Of a DNA stretch of 64,000 nucleotides, positions 1 through 14,140 are shown in pieces. The notes beneath the pieces are model-generated. The model ran no database searches, was not told the DNA's origin, and saw nothing but the letters and a program-made list of their open reading frames with translations. Position 1 is the first letter of the stretch. Every line of letters starts with the position of its first letter. Made by a program: the position numbers and the translations under genes. Location: the NCBI RefSeq assembly GCF_009914755.1, contig NC_060936.1; one strand, written 5' to 3'. This stretch comes from the human T2T-CHM13v2.0 reference genome, Homo sapiens.

Positions 1-267
1 AAATAGCAGCATAGTATAAAGAGGACCAAATTAGAAATAGAAAACCTAATTCTGAGTTTATCTCTACCATCAACAGGTGCATGAGTTTCTTAATTTATTT
101 AGCATCTGTAAAACAAAATACTTGAACCATCTGATCTGCAACATTCTTTATAGTTCTAAAAACCTATAATTTCACGGATCAGATGCTTTAAAAATGGAAA
201 AAAAAATACTTTACACTGAGTCCAATCCAAATCTTTTTCAAATTATCTCCTTGTAGTGTGTACTTAC

Positions 268-308
268 GTGTGTGTGATTTAGAATGCCCATTGCTGGATA
301 GCAAGGAC
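268..308 (-). pseudogene. Putative short stalk pseudo-exon of a decayed KLR-family gene
   Basis: 41-nt segment between a strong acceptor (tattctatttatctttag) and a consensus donor (CAC|gtaagt). It lies 650 nt downstream of a TM-like exon and is one nt short of a symmetric phase-1 exon. Confidence 0.4.
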
Positions 309-956
309 CTAAAGATAAATAGAATATAGCATGTATTTGATTTAGATCATGGGGCTAGCCATTGAAACTGCAAATGTCTAGGTACCCTCTCTATATTTCC
401 AAGTCTAGAAAATGTCATTAATATCTACATTGATAACTTTTTAAAAATGTATTAAGCAACAGCCAATCATTATGTGCTAGATTGAACAAAAGATGAGAGA
501 CACTATACCCTGATTAGTCATGAAATGGTAGAAGGGGAAAAAAGTGATTTAGGAATGTGCAGGAGGAACTAATTCCAGTAGTCAAAGAAAAAATTATATT
601 TTTAGCCAATAAAAAATAAAACGGCAATCTCAAGTATGTTAACATCAAAATGAAGAAACAGCTAAACATTACTTCTATTTAATTGAAGGAGTAAATGTGT
701 CTGACTCTCAAAGAAAATGGAATGTTAGATAGAAATAAAACACAGTTCTCCTTGACTGTTTACTAAAGACTTTCTGCTTTGAATTTGTGGATATTTTTCC
801 CAAATCCAGAGAAAGCCTTGGAAATGAGAATATTTCTCTGATGTCAGACTGTGATCATCTCATTAGATTTTCCCTTCACCCTTGCCTTGGGAAAGAAAAA
901 ACAAAACATTTAGAAAACATTAAACATGAGGAATAATGTTTCTGTAGAATACTTAC

Positions 957-1052
957 ACTTAGTTGCAAATAATCCTGATATTTACAAAAGAATGAAATAC
1001 ATATTTCCTGATATTACTGCAACAATACATCCAGAAGATACTGTTTGCAACT
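957..1052 (-). pseudogene. Transmembrane pseudo-exon of a decayed KLR-family (type II lectin receptor) gene
   Basis: 96-nt phase1-1 exon (ggacag|...|gtaagt) translating LQTVSSGCIVAVISGNMYFILL*ISGLFATK. It aligns by eye with KLRA1P exon 3 (FSVPWHLIAVTLGILCLLLLMIVTVLVTN) and has one in-frame TAA. Confidence 0.6.
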
Positions 1053-3027
1053 CTGTCCAAAAGCATATATGAATTACAGAGAAAGTGTTAACAATCCTTC
1101 AATCAAAGAGCCGTTATCTGAGCTAAGAGTTTTTGACTAAAAAAAAAAAATACACATACAGATTAAATAAAATTACTGAATGAATTAGTACTGTCATTAA
1201 ATAGATATTATGACCCACTCAGCCCTCATGGGTATTTTGTTTATAGAAAACCTACCAGCTGTTAGAAGTGTTTGCCTCTAATTTTGAAATTATTGGTGCT
1301 GCTGCTGTAAAGATTACTTCATGGTGTAGTAAAGTAGTGGGGGCAGGGTGGAATATTCTCATTTATTTTCAAAATAACCATTACTTCTTAACATCAACAA
1401 TTTTGTCTTTTCCAAAATTGCTTACAATATGCATGGGATTTCCCTTGTTTGGAACTACTAAATTGTATGATTTTTACTGTAGAAAAGAGAGCTACCAATA
1501 ATAAAAGCTATTGAGTTTAAAAGTAAGAGAGGTGACTATTAGGATCCCTTCCCAGGCCATTATTCAAAGAAAGGATGTAGGAACAGAGAATATCTCTAGG
1601 AAAATAAGCAAACAGCTGGAAAATACTATATAGTACAGTCAATTGGGAACTAACCAAGATTCAACTCAAATGCTAAGGGAGAAATACCAGACTATAGCAA
1701 AAGGATATCTTTATGAAATACAGAAAGGAAGAAATTGAAAACACATTTCAGGTCCTAGAAAAATCCTCTGAAGAAAACAATCCAGTAGCAATGTGAAGGC
1801 ACTCCTGATCTTCTGTCTTGACTTCATCATGCTACCCAAGTCACAGCCATAAAAGTCTACTGACTGGTCTTCCTTTAGTACAATGCCTCAAAGTATACAT
1901 TCAGTAAATATGTTTAATTAACTGGATGACTCCCTCAGGAAAAAACTGAGAAACTGACCAGGCTGCAGTTGTCATGTTGATAAGATCTGCTGCTCCAAAC
2001 CTCAACAAGAAAAATGTGTACTTTGAAAAAAAAAGTGTTATTTAGAAAATACTTTGTATCTATGGGGACAATTAATAGTAAGCACCACCCCCCCCCAAAT
2101 TGAATGCCTACCATATGGTAATGGCCTTACTTATACAATATGATTTAGTCCCAACAATTGAGATTTTTATCTTACTGATAATTAAGGTACTGGTCTAGTA
2201 TCGCATAGCTAATTATTGCTTGAAAATAACAAAATCCAGTTCCATCTGGCTCCAAAACATACCGTGCTACACTACCTCCAATTTCTAGGGATGACAACTT
2301 GAAGTGAAGCACTGTTTCTAAGGGAAACAGGTGCTTTCTAAGAGAAGTAGGATGCCCATATGTTGGATCTGTTAAATTCTGCAAAATCCCTAACTTTTTG
2401 CAAGTAGCAAGCCAGTCTCTCTTCCGTGCTGCTCTTAATACCTTAGCACTGAAATAGCTAAGGTAATTCCTTCTTTACTGGGGATTAGAAAAATCTTATT
2501 AAGGAGCTTTTGTTTTTCTCTTAAACGACACATTGGGATGCAGTTTCAATTATACTTCTGAAGTTCTCATAGGTTTCTTAAAAGACAATGACAAAATTTC
2601 AACATTCTTACATTCAGGACATTAGTTCTCTCAGGACAAGGTGGAAATTCAGAAATATACATATACCCTCATTCCTACTATGTTCAGTAATTCTTTGTAT
2701 TTGTTGACTTGCTTGGGTCTGAGGCTGAGAATAAGAATGAAAACCTTCATTTCTGTGAGGCTTTCCCACCTGTTCTTTGATGGTTCACAGAAGATAAATG
2801 TTCCCAGCACTAATTAACATCTTGAGATAACTACAGGAATGGTCATTACCCCAGAGAGGAAAGTACAGGGGCAAAGGCAAGATATGTATGTATGAGGAAA
2901 AATATACAATTTTCCAGATAATTGGGGGCACAAGTAGTACCCCACATCCCTGCCAACCCTCAGGCTTGCTGACCCAGACCTCAGACCCTGGAAACACCTC
3001 TATTTGAGGTAAACTTCAACAAGGACT

Positions 3028-3260
3028 TTAGAGCATGGATTCCAGAACCAAACTGCCTAGGTTTGACCCTTGACTTTGCCACTAAGCTGTGTGACTTAGC
3101 TTAGGCAAATAAGTTACTTAAATTCTTTATATCTGTGTTTCTCATTTGTGAAATAATGGCAAAATCTAACTCATAGATTAGTTTCATGAACTAAATAAGC
3201 TAATATTTATAAGGTGCTTAGGACCTTGCATATAACAAGAACTTTGTAATTTCGTGTTAA
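3028..3260 (+). mobile_element. MIR SINE
   Basis: MIR core-like text: ctttgccactaagctgtgtgac...ggcaaataagttacttaa...gtgtttctcatttgtgaaat. Confidence 0.7.
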
Positions 3261-3388
3261 ATAATGTTCAGAGGACATTCATTCTACAGATGCATTCACA
3301 CTGCAGATAACCACAATGATAATTCCAAGACGATTGGAACTATGTTTTGCCCAGAAAATTGCTGAGGCCTAAGCAGAGAGGAGTATCA

Positions 3389-3541
3389 TATACTACTGCA
3401 AACAATAGAATCCATAGCTCCAAGCCTTATACTACAGGAAATAGAATCCATAGCTCCAAGCCTTATACTACTGCAAACAATAGAATCCATAGCTCCAAGC
3501 CTTATACTACTGCAAACAATAGAATCCATAGCTCCAAGCCT
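3389..3541. repeat. Minisatellite, 4 x 39 bp (second unit 36 bp)
   Basis: Unit TATACTACTGCAAACAATAGAATCCATAGCTCCAAGCCT, seen directly. Confidence 0.95.
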
Positions 3542-4574
3542 AGGTAGATATGTGACCCTACATTTTTCTAAAATACAATTATTATTATTATTTTTTTTAC
3601 TATTCTCATGTCTCATTTTCCAAAAACCAGAGCATTTCTCCTATTGACTACTTCAAGAAGACCAAAAGTTATAATTTGTAATTAGTTACTTGAGTTCTTT
3701 AAAATTGTTCAAGTGGAAGAATGCTCCAATGCCCACGGTTCTTTTAAAATAACTTGAAATATTGATATATTTAGTTATATCATTTAGGAATACTTTATAA
3801 TGGTTATATTATGTATATAAACCACTAGTCTCCACACATAGAGTGTAGAGACTCTACATTAATTCAAAAGTAATAATACATAAATTTGTGCAAACAAATC
3901 ACATTTTAAGTTTAAAAAAGCCAGTCACCAGACTGTACACAGGGTTATTTTTAATATGTTTTAAAATATATAGTTCATTAGAGGAAGGTAAATTCTGTAA
4001 GAAATAACTTAGGAATACAGAGTGTGAAGGACTATAATTTAAAATAAAGTATAATTCATTTGAAAACTTAAATTCCAAGAAGTATTTAATTTACCAAAAC
4101 TTACTCCAGAAGAAACTTTTTAAAATGTTTTATAGATAGCCAGGACACAACCAATGTTTACAGACTGGCATATTTTCAGGTTGGTTGAGCCGGTGCCATA
4201 CTGGCCATTAATATTTTAAAATCCTGGCCTTGCCTATAACCATCAACAAAAATGAGTCTAAAATATGCTCACAAAGTAAACAACTGCTCTGTACTGTGTT
4301 AAAAGCGAGTCATATCAACAGTTGAAAGGACAGAATAGCTTAATATTATCCCAATTCTCATAGAAGGCAAAACACAAAAGCAAGAGAGGGTTAGGTGGGA
4401 GACAGTCCATTTCATGAAACTAGAAAAACGTGTATCTGAGTGAAGAGAGAAAGTAATGTTCCTCCCTTACATTCCATCACAACACTCATAGATTTCTCAT
4501 GTTTTACATTAATTTCCTAATTGGTTTTAGTTGCTATTGTTGTTATTGTTGTTGTTTAATCTTCAAATAATTTT

Positions 4575-5860
<1,286 letters not shown>

Positions 5861-6257
5861 AATCAGTGTGTGAATAGGTAATAAGGCTGACTGGAAAACA
5901 AACTAGTCAGACGAGGAGAGGATTTCAAATGGAGATCAAGTCACATAACACTATTGCTTTCACTCTTACTTTCCTCTTCTCATAATCTTCCAAAAGTAAA
6001 CTCTGGAGAAAAACATCAGAGGATTTTTCAAATCAAACAAGGAGTCGAATAATACATTATTTTGACAAGAGTTATGTGAATAGAAACCCCAAAATAAAGA
6101 TCTTACAAAGCCTAAAACATATCCAAATTTATACCTTCTTTAGATCATTCGGGTCTACTGCGTCTCAGTGAATTAGGAGTGATAAGTGCATATTCCACAG
6201 GAGATACCTTCTTGTCATTCTCTTCTGAGAAATAAAGTGAAACAAAGATTGAGCCTC

Positions 6258-7110
<853 letters not shown>

Positions 7111-7129
7111 ACAAAGCCCACTCTGAGAG

Positions 7130-10100
7130 CATTGCTGAATTTGATTTGCTGATATTTTGTTTAAAAAGATTATTTCTATTCAGGGAGGATATTCGTCTGC
7201 AGTTTTCTTTCCTCAACATGCCTAATTTTTATATTAGAGTAATTCTGGTCTCATCAAATGAGTTGGGAAATGCTCCTTCCTCATCTAATTTCTGGAAGGG
7301 TTTAAGTGGGATAGGTGTTACATTGTCCTTAAATGTTTGGTAGAATTTACCACGAAAGTGTGGGTTTTCTTTGTGGAAAGGTTTTTTAACTGCAAATTGA
7401 ATTAGTTTAATAGATATAGAGCTAGTTAGGTTAACTATTCCCTCTTTAGTGGACTGTGGAATTGTGTCTTTCAAGAAATTTGTACACTTTACATGTTATT
7501 GAATTAATGAGCAGAAAAATACTTAATATTCACTTATCCTTTAAATATCTGTAGCATCTGTATTACTTTTCCTACTTTTATTCCTGATATTGGTAATTGG
7601 TGTCTTCTGACAGTTTTGGGGAATAATCCATTTTGTTGACATGTTAAAAGAATCAGCTTTTGGTTTATTTTTCTCTATTGCCTTTCTATTTTCTATTTCA
7701 TGGATTTCTGCCCTTATCTTTATTATTTCCTTTCTTCTGTTGGATTTGGAATTAATTTTCCTTATTTTTTAAATTCCAAAGTTGGAATCTTGGATAACTG
7801 ATTTTAGACCTCTCTTTTCTAAATAGCATTTTATAACTTCCCTCCAAGCAGTACTCCAATAGTAGCAGAAATTTTGCTATGTTGCACGTTTATTTTCATT
7901 CAGTTCAAAATATTTGCTAATTTCGACTACAATTCTTCTTTCACCTATGTGTTATTTATAAGTGCATTTTAAAATTTTACCATATTTGGGAATGTTCCAA
8001 ATATCTTTCTGCTATTGAATTTTTAGATTTATTTGTGGTCAGAGAACATGCTATGTATAATTCATTTTAAACATATGGGCTCTTTTGGCCCAAAATATGG
8101 TGTATCCTGGTGACAGTTCTGTGTGCAGTTGAGTATTCTTTTCTATTGTTGAGTGGGGTATTCTATATATGCCAGTTATTTCAATTTGGTTGATGGTGCT
8201 CTTCCAGACTTTTTATGTCCTTACTGATTTTTTTCTAAATATTCCAGTAACCACTGAGAGAGGTGTGTTGACATGTTTGACTATAACTGAGGATTTGCCT
8301 ATTTCTTCTTTCAGTCTTGGCAGTTTTGATGCAGGAGAACATGGTCAGGAGACAGGGAACCTAAGATTGATTCACGCTGACTTCCTAGAACTGAATCAAA
8401 AGGAAAACCCCACCTCTCTATACCCAAGTAACAAAAGGATCAGGGGCTACTCCCTTTGCAACATCCCCCACCCCTTTTCTGCATTGAAGACGAAAAATGA
8501 AAGTATCTTTCATTGGTTCCCTCCTGAAACCAATCAGACTGATCACAGGCCAAGTCTTCATGTGTAACCTTGTAACTTTACTTCAGCCTCTTATTGGTCA
8601 CCTTCTGCAACCAATTAGACTGATCACAGGCCACTACTTCATTTACATAAGGTGTAAACCAAGTAACCAATTGGAAACCTCTAGACGGTATTTAAACTCC
8701 AGAAAATTCTATAACCAGCCTCTTGAGCTGCTTGCTTGGCCCACTCTCACTCTGTGGAGTGTACATTTGTTTCCATAAATCTGTGCTTTTTTTTTCATTG
8801 TTTTGTTTGTGCATTTCATCCAATTGTTTGTTCAAAATGCCAAGAATCTGGACACCCTCCACCAGTAACAGGTAACAGTTTTGGTTCTATGTATCTTCAG
8901 ATCTGTTATTAGGTATATATACATTTAGAGTTGTATGTCAGCTTATTGCTTTTGATCTCATCAACATTATGTAATATTCTTTATCTCTGTTGTAGTGATT
9001 GACAGAATTTTCTTTCAGTATAACAAAAATGCCACTTTATCATCTGATCTGCAAAGTTTCAGATGTGAAATTATAATTCGTATTGTCTCTAAACTCTTGG
9101 ATGACCTGTTATGTTATTTTTTTACTCTTTTCTTATTTTTGGTAGTTTAGTTGGGATAATTTCTGTTCATCTATCTTCAAGTTCACTTGATTTTTCTTTC
9201 CCTATCCTGTGTTCAGTTTTCTAAGAAGTGCATGGAAGGAATTCTTTATTTCTGATATCATAGTTTTATCCTTGGCATTTCCACTTGACTCTTTTTAAAA
9301 ATATAGTTTTCATCTCTGAAAAATTTCATCATATATCAATGCATGTTTTTAAAATTTCCACTGTTTCTTTGACATATTAAAAAAATATTTTAAGTTTCTC
9401 ACCAATAATTTCAACATCTTGAACACACATATCTTGAGTTTTATCAGCTAGTATTTTTTTTTGGCAATGGGTCCTTTTCTCACTTTTTGTGTGTTTGTCG
9501 CTTATAATTCTATTGAATGGCAAACACTGTATGTCAGGCCAGCATGGCGATACCTCTTCTGTAAATCTGTAAAGTTGAAGTGTTGAGCTAGTTTATGTTT
9601 CATTGTTCCTGTGGTCACCTTTAGTACACCACAGACTTCAAATGCTCCCAGTGATGTACTGCCACTACCTTACACTTCGTGCAGGGTCTGGGGAGCGGGA
9701 GGTTTTTCTTAGTGTTCTGTTCTGATTTCAGCACGCCCTGCACACCTGCAGTGTGAAGAGGTTCTCTCTCTAAACTGTTGCCCCTCCTCTCTTGTGGCTT
9801 GTTACGTGAAAATAACGACAGTGTTGGGAGAAATAGAAATTCTAGTTTATCTTGGCCTATTCTCAGTCTTGGGCAAGGCCCTATGTACCTTGGCCTCAGG
9901 AGTGTGGTTTCCTCAGCATTCCTCATCGTCCTCCTCAGCAACCAAGCTCTTCTTGTATCTATGGGGAGTCTTGGGCAGGAAAGAATTTCTCCTCTGCTGG
10001 CAAAGCAGATCTCTGCCTTGTGTCACTGTGGGATCCTTGACCCCAGAGGGTTTCCTGCTCCTCTCTGTTTGAACATCTTTTTTCTTCTCCCCTTCCTTCA

Positions 10101-10850
10101 ACAGCAGAATGTTTTTGACTAGGATCAGTAATGGGGGAGTTTTCTGCCCCTCTTCAAGCAGTAGACTGTTGTTGTGTGTTGCTTGGTGCAAGGCTTGTGG
10201 TGGGAGGTATGGTGGTTTCCTTCTCTTTTCTCTGCTACAAAGAAATTTTGCTTTTAGCTTTCTTTTTGCATCACGTTACGTTCTGTAAGACCAGGAGAAA
10301 GAGAGAGGTTTATCCTACCCCTCCCCCAAGGGCAGAGAACTTTTGCTTATACTGCTTCTCTAAAAGCACTCAAACTTTGCCTGATTCCTGGGAGCAGGAG
10401 GGTTTGTTGGCCCTCCCTAAGTATCTTAAAGGTTTTGCTTCAAGTGAGAAAAGGCACTGGGAAATGCTGAGGTTTCATGCCTAGACGTCGCCATGGCTAA
10501 GGGGCTTTCTCTGGCTCTGCCCTGCCCCAGGCCTTCTAATGAGCTCCCACTTGAGGCCTGTGGAAAAGACCTGGAGACTCCCCTTGCAGCTAGGACTCTC
10601 AGTGACACATGAAAGCCCAACTGAGCTTAAGACTTTGTTCAAAATTTAGTGTTTTTATTTTACTTTTATGGCTGCCATCTTTTCCTCTTATGCTCTGCCA
10701 AAAATGAAACCGTCTATGAGTCCCATCTCTCCTTAGCGGTGCATGTCCCGCTTGGAGTTCAATTTAAGTGGTTGCCTTGTGACCTCAGCACTCTGATGTC
10801 CTCAGATAAAGTTATACTTTTATACATTATCTGAATTTTTCTTGTTGTCA
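7130..10850 (-). mobile_element. Old L1 (L1M/L1MD-like) 5' region, ORF1 and ORF2 remnants, interrupted by an LTR
   Basis: The minus-strand ORF 7229-7474 gives the L1 ORF2 peptide FYQTFKDNVTPIPLKPFQKLDEEGAFPNSFDETRITLI. The GC-richer 9.5-10.85 kb part resembles an L1M 5' end (less certain). Confidence 0.65.
8327..8877 (+). mobile_element. Solo ERV1 LTR, MER51 family
   Basis: Starts TGATGCAGGAGAAC...GGGAACCTAAG, ends ...GGTAACA; 4-bp TSD GTTT; several CCAAT boxes and a TATA-like tatttaaa. Confidence 0.85.
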
Positions 10851-12126
10851 GGTGAGAGCGATTATCTCTGTGGCTTTTTGTTTTCTAAGCACAAGTCCGT
10901 ACAAGATGTTTTTTTTTTTAACTCAACTGGTTCAGTTTCTGTTAATACATTATTTTTGAGTTAGCATTATAATATTGCTTTGCTGGAATAAAGTCCTTTG
11001 TAAAAATATATTTCTGGATGATTTTCAATGAGGGCACTCTACTAAGTGAATTGTAGGCTATACTTTATATAATTTTATTTCATATGCTTATAAAATAAGA
11101 AGAATCCATGACACCTTTTAACTTAAAAATTGAATCAAAATAAAATCAGGCATAGAAAATTAATAGTGATGATCTTAAATTGATTTAAATACAATTGATA
11201 CTATTAATCTGAAAATGACTAATTTTATATGAATATCCACATAAAGACAATAAAAATAATGATAAAATTAATAAATTTGGACATTGAGGAAAGAGACATG
11301 AAAATATCCAAGTCTTCACATTTTCATACCAGAGAAACAATCTTTACTACAAGTAGAACATATTTTTAAAAGAATAAAAGTCTAGTGACTTCAAAATCTT
11401 TATAAAAATAGTATTTCTCTTAATCTTAAAAGGGAAAACTTAGGAAATAGTGTCTTATGTTAAAGAAACATTAATTCTAAATATTAATTCATTTAGTTTA
11501 ATTTTCTGCCTTATTTTCTACTAGATCCTGCTAATGTAAAATTTAATAGTTTTTTTACAATTAAAGCATAATATGTATAGTATAATCCTATTTTACTAAA
11601 TGCTTTTCTGTCCTAATATTCTACTTATTCATCTGTATATATATCCAACTATAATACATTAATAGATTGTATAATCACAATGACTATTTCTTGGTTACAT
11701 ATAACATTTTGGATTAAAAAAAAACTTTTTCCTGTATAATTACCTGCAATTTTTCGTATAGAATCTATAATGTATTTTAAGAAGCAATTGTTTGTTTAAT
11801 TAAACAAACTTTTTTAAATTTAAAAATGACTGGAAGGGTATTTAAAAGTATTTTAAGTACTCTTTAAAAGAATTTTTAAGTAATTACAAATGGTGTAATT
11901 TGTCTTCTTTGTGCTTTTATGTAACAATTTCTAAAAATATTTCATTTTGGCTTCCAGATATTTAATCTGCATGTTGTCATGCCTTTGAGAATATTGGACA
12001 AACACATTTGTAAAATTTCATGTGTCATATGTATTATCAGGTAGACACATAAAGAAGAGCACACAATAACTGGAGAACATTGTAGAGAAACTCCAGAAAT
12101 GTGTTCAATAAAATATAGCACCTTAA

Positions 12127-12160
<34 letters not shown>

Positions 12161-12800
12161 TATTTTAACTCTTGGTGATTCTGAGATAAAAACAAACAAA
12201 AACACCTGTATATTTGTATCATAGATCAATTCTACATCATCTTTGATTGGAGATTACAAGTAAAATCTAAAACACATACACGCTAAACACACTCCTTACA
12301 TATAAATTGTACTAGTGCACATTTAAATATATGTTTAATATGCATATATATGTTTAATATATAATGTATACCATTTGAACTTAATTAGAAAATAGTATAT
12401 GTAGAGGGAAATCGATCTCTTAAAAAGTGGTGGTTAGTGTTAGCAAAAGGCATGCAGGGCTCAATAAATATTTGTGGAAAGAATGAAGGTATGAATGAAC
12501 AAATGTATGTATGAATTAATATCCAAATCTAGAGAGACAGAGTTACAGGGATAACAGCCCAGTGGTTTTCTTATTCTCAGGGTTTTTCCCTCCCTCTCTT
12601 TCATGCCCTAGCCAGGCACTCTTTTTCGATAATTTGCAAAGAAAATACTATGAAGAGTCTGAAGTAAAAGTTCACTTGTTGAACCCGATGTTTTCTTTCC
12701 CCCAGGCATTGGGAAGGGGAAGGCAGAAAAGCGGAGTGCAAAATGAAGTGGTAGTGGGTGCTAACTAACAAGAGAACCTTTGAACACGATGGGACAGAAA
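10690..12800 (+). ncRNA. Candidate spliced lncRNA exons (possibly LINC02446)
   Basis: Donor cag|gtgaga at 10852; acceptors ttttggcttccag (exon from 11958) and ttttctttcccccag (exon from 12706); AATAAA at 12107. A lymphocyte lncRNA is recalled at this locus but cannot be confirmed from sequence. Confidence 0.25.
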
Positions 12801-13273
12801 TAAGGTCATGCATTTTCTACTATCTGTCACCTGTGGACAACTTGCCACTTCAACAGTTCTGGACACTTTTAAGCTCCCCCGAGGAGAAGATAGGAAACTT
12901 GGACACCCTGTGTGGGATTGAGAATCACAAAGGGGCAGTCTCGCACCTGGTCAAGATAAAGCTGAACTGAACTCTTCATTCACAAGTGGGATTCTCGTAA
13001 GAGGCAGGAAAGCAGGGACCGTCTGTCACTACACACAGCAAGAAGAGGTGAACCTTAATGAGGGAAGAAAACAGATTCTATTAGGGGAAAAAAACATTTA
13101 ATCAGAAAATAAGGCTCTGGAAAGAAAAGGCCAATTGGGGCTTTGTCTGAAGAAATAACAGAGTATTTTTCTGCCAGAGAAAGCAAGTCCAAGGGAGGAA
13201 TTTTCAGATTGACCAAAGAGTATTGGTCTACATCATTAGTACTTTCAGTGAGAAATAACTGAAAATAAACTAG

Positions 13274-13462
13274 AGCAAAAGTTCCCCAGGTGTGGTTCCA
13301 GGACCAGCAACTGAAACATCACCTGGGAACTGTTAAAAATGCAAATTCTTGGGCTCTCCGCCAGAATCACTGAATCAGAAACTCTGAAATGGGACCCAAT
13401 AATCAGCAGCTTAACAAGCTCTCCAGGTGATTCTTATGCCAAATAAAGTTTGAAATTCCCTG
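13274..13462. mobile_element. MER5A (hAT-Charlie MITE)
   Basis: Characteristic catcacctgggaact...aaatgcaaattcttggg...actgaatcagaaactctg...ctccaggtgattct. Confidence 0.85.
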
Positions 13463-13671
13463 GTGCTGGCGCTGGAAGCAAATGAGTCACAGCTGTGAAG
13501 AATCCCTACCATTAATACCCTGGGTGGGATAAATAAAAATGGGAAACTAAAAAGTTAAATGATCAGAGGTTGGCTGTAGTTCAAAAGTAAGGATATACCT
13601 GAATATAAAATTCTTTCTTAACCTAAATGCAAAATGGGAATATGTTTAATCATTTATATAGCATCTCACTG

Positions 13672-14140
13672 GTTTTTTCCAGCTTGAGACATGATTCACA
13701 AAAATTGTATATATTTAAAATGTACATGATGTTTTGATATACATATACATTGTGAAACAATTACCACAATGAAGTTAACATAACCATGACCTCACCTAGC
13801 CACCATTTTGTGTGTGTGGGGTTAAAAACCCTTAAGACCTGCTCTTAGCAAATGTCAAGTATACAGTACCTTATTATTAACTGTAGTCACCATGCTGCAC
13901 GTTAGGTCTCCAGAACTTACTCATCTTCTAACTAAAAGTTTGACTAACTTCTCCCCCAGCCCCCAACCCCTGGTAACTACCACTCTACCCTTTGTTACTG
14001 TGTCTTCAACTTTTTTAGATTCCACATACAAGTGAGATCACGCAATATTTGTGTTTTGGCGTCTGGCTTATTTCACTTAGAATAGTGTCCTCTAAGTTTA
14101 TCCATGTTGTCACAAATAGCAGGATTTCCTTATATATTTA
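13672..14140 (-). mobile_element. L1MA/L1MB 3' end
   Basis: tagattccacatacaagtgagatca...gtctggcttatttcacttag...tttatccatgttgtcacaaat. Confidence 0.85.

Noticed and set aside
700-885. Acceptor at ~886 as a long stalk exon for relic A
   Set aside because: The intron would be only ~70 nt, stops occur immediately, and there is no good donor; the 41-nt exon at 308-268 fits better.
3347-3616. Repetitive ORFs on both strands / CRISPR-like look
   Set aside because: Simple head-to-tail 39-bp minisatellite with no unique spacers; the ORFs arise because the unit length is a multiple of 3.
9621-10620. Cluster of overlapping ORFs
   Set aside because: No recognisable protein; consistent with the GC-richer 5' region of an old L1.
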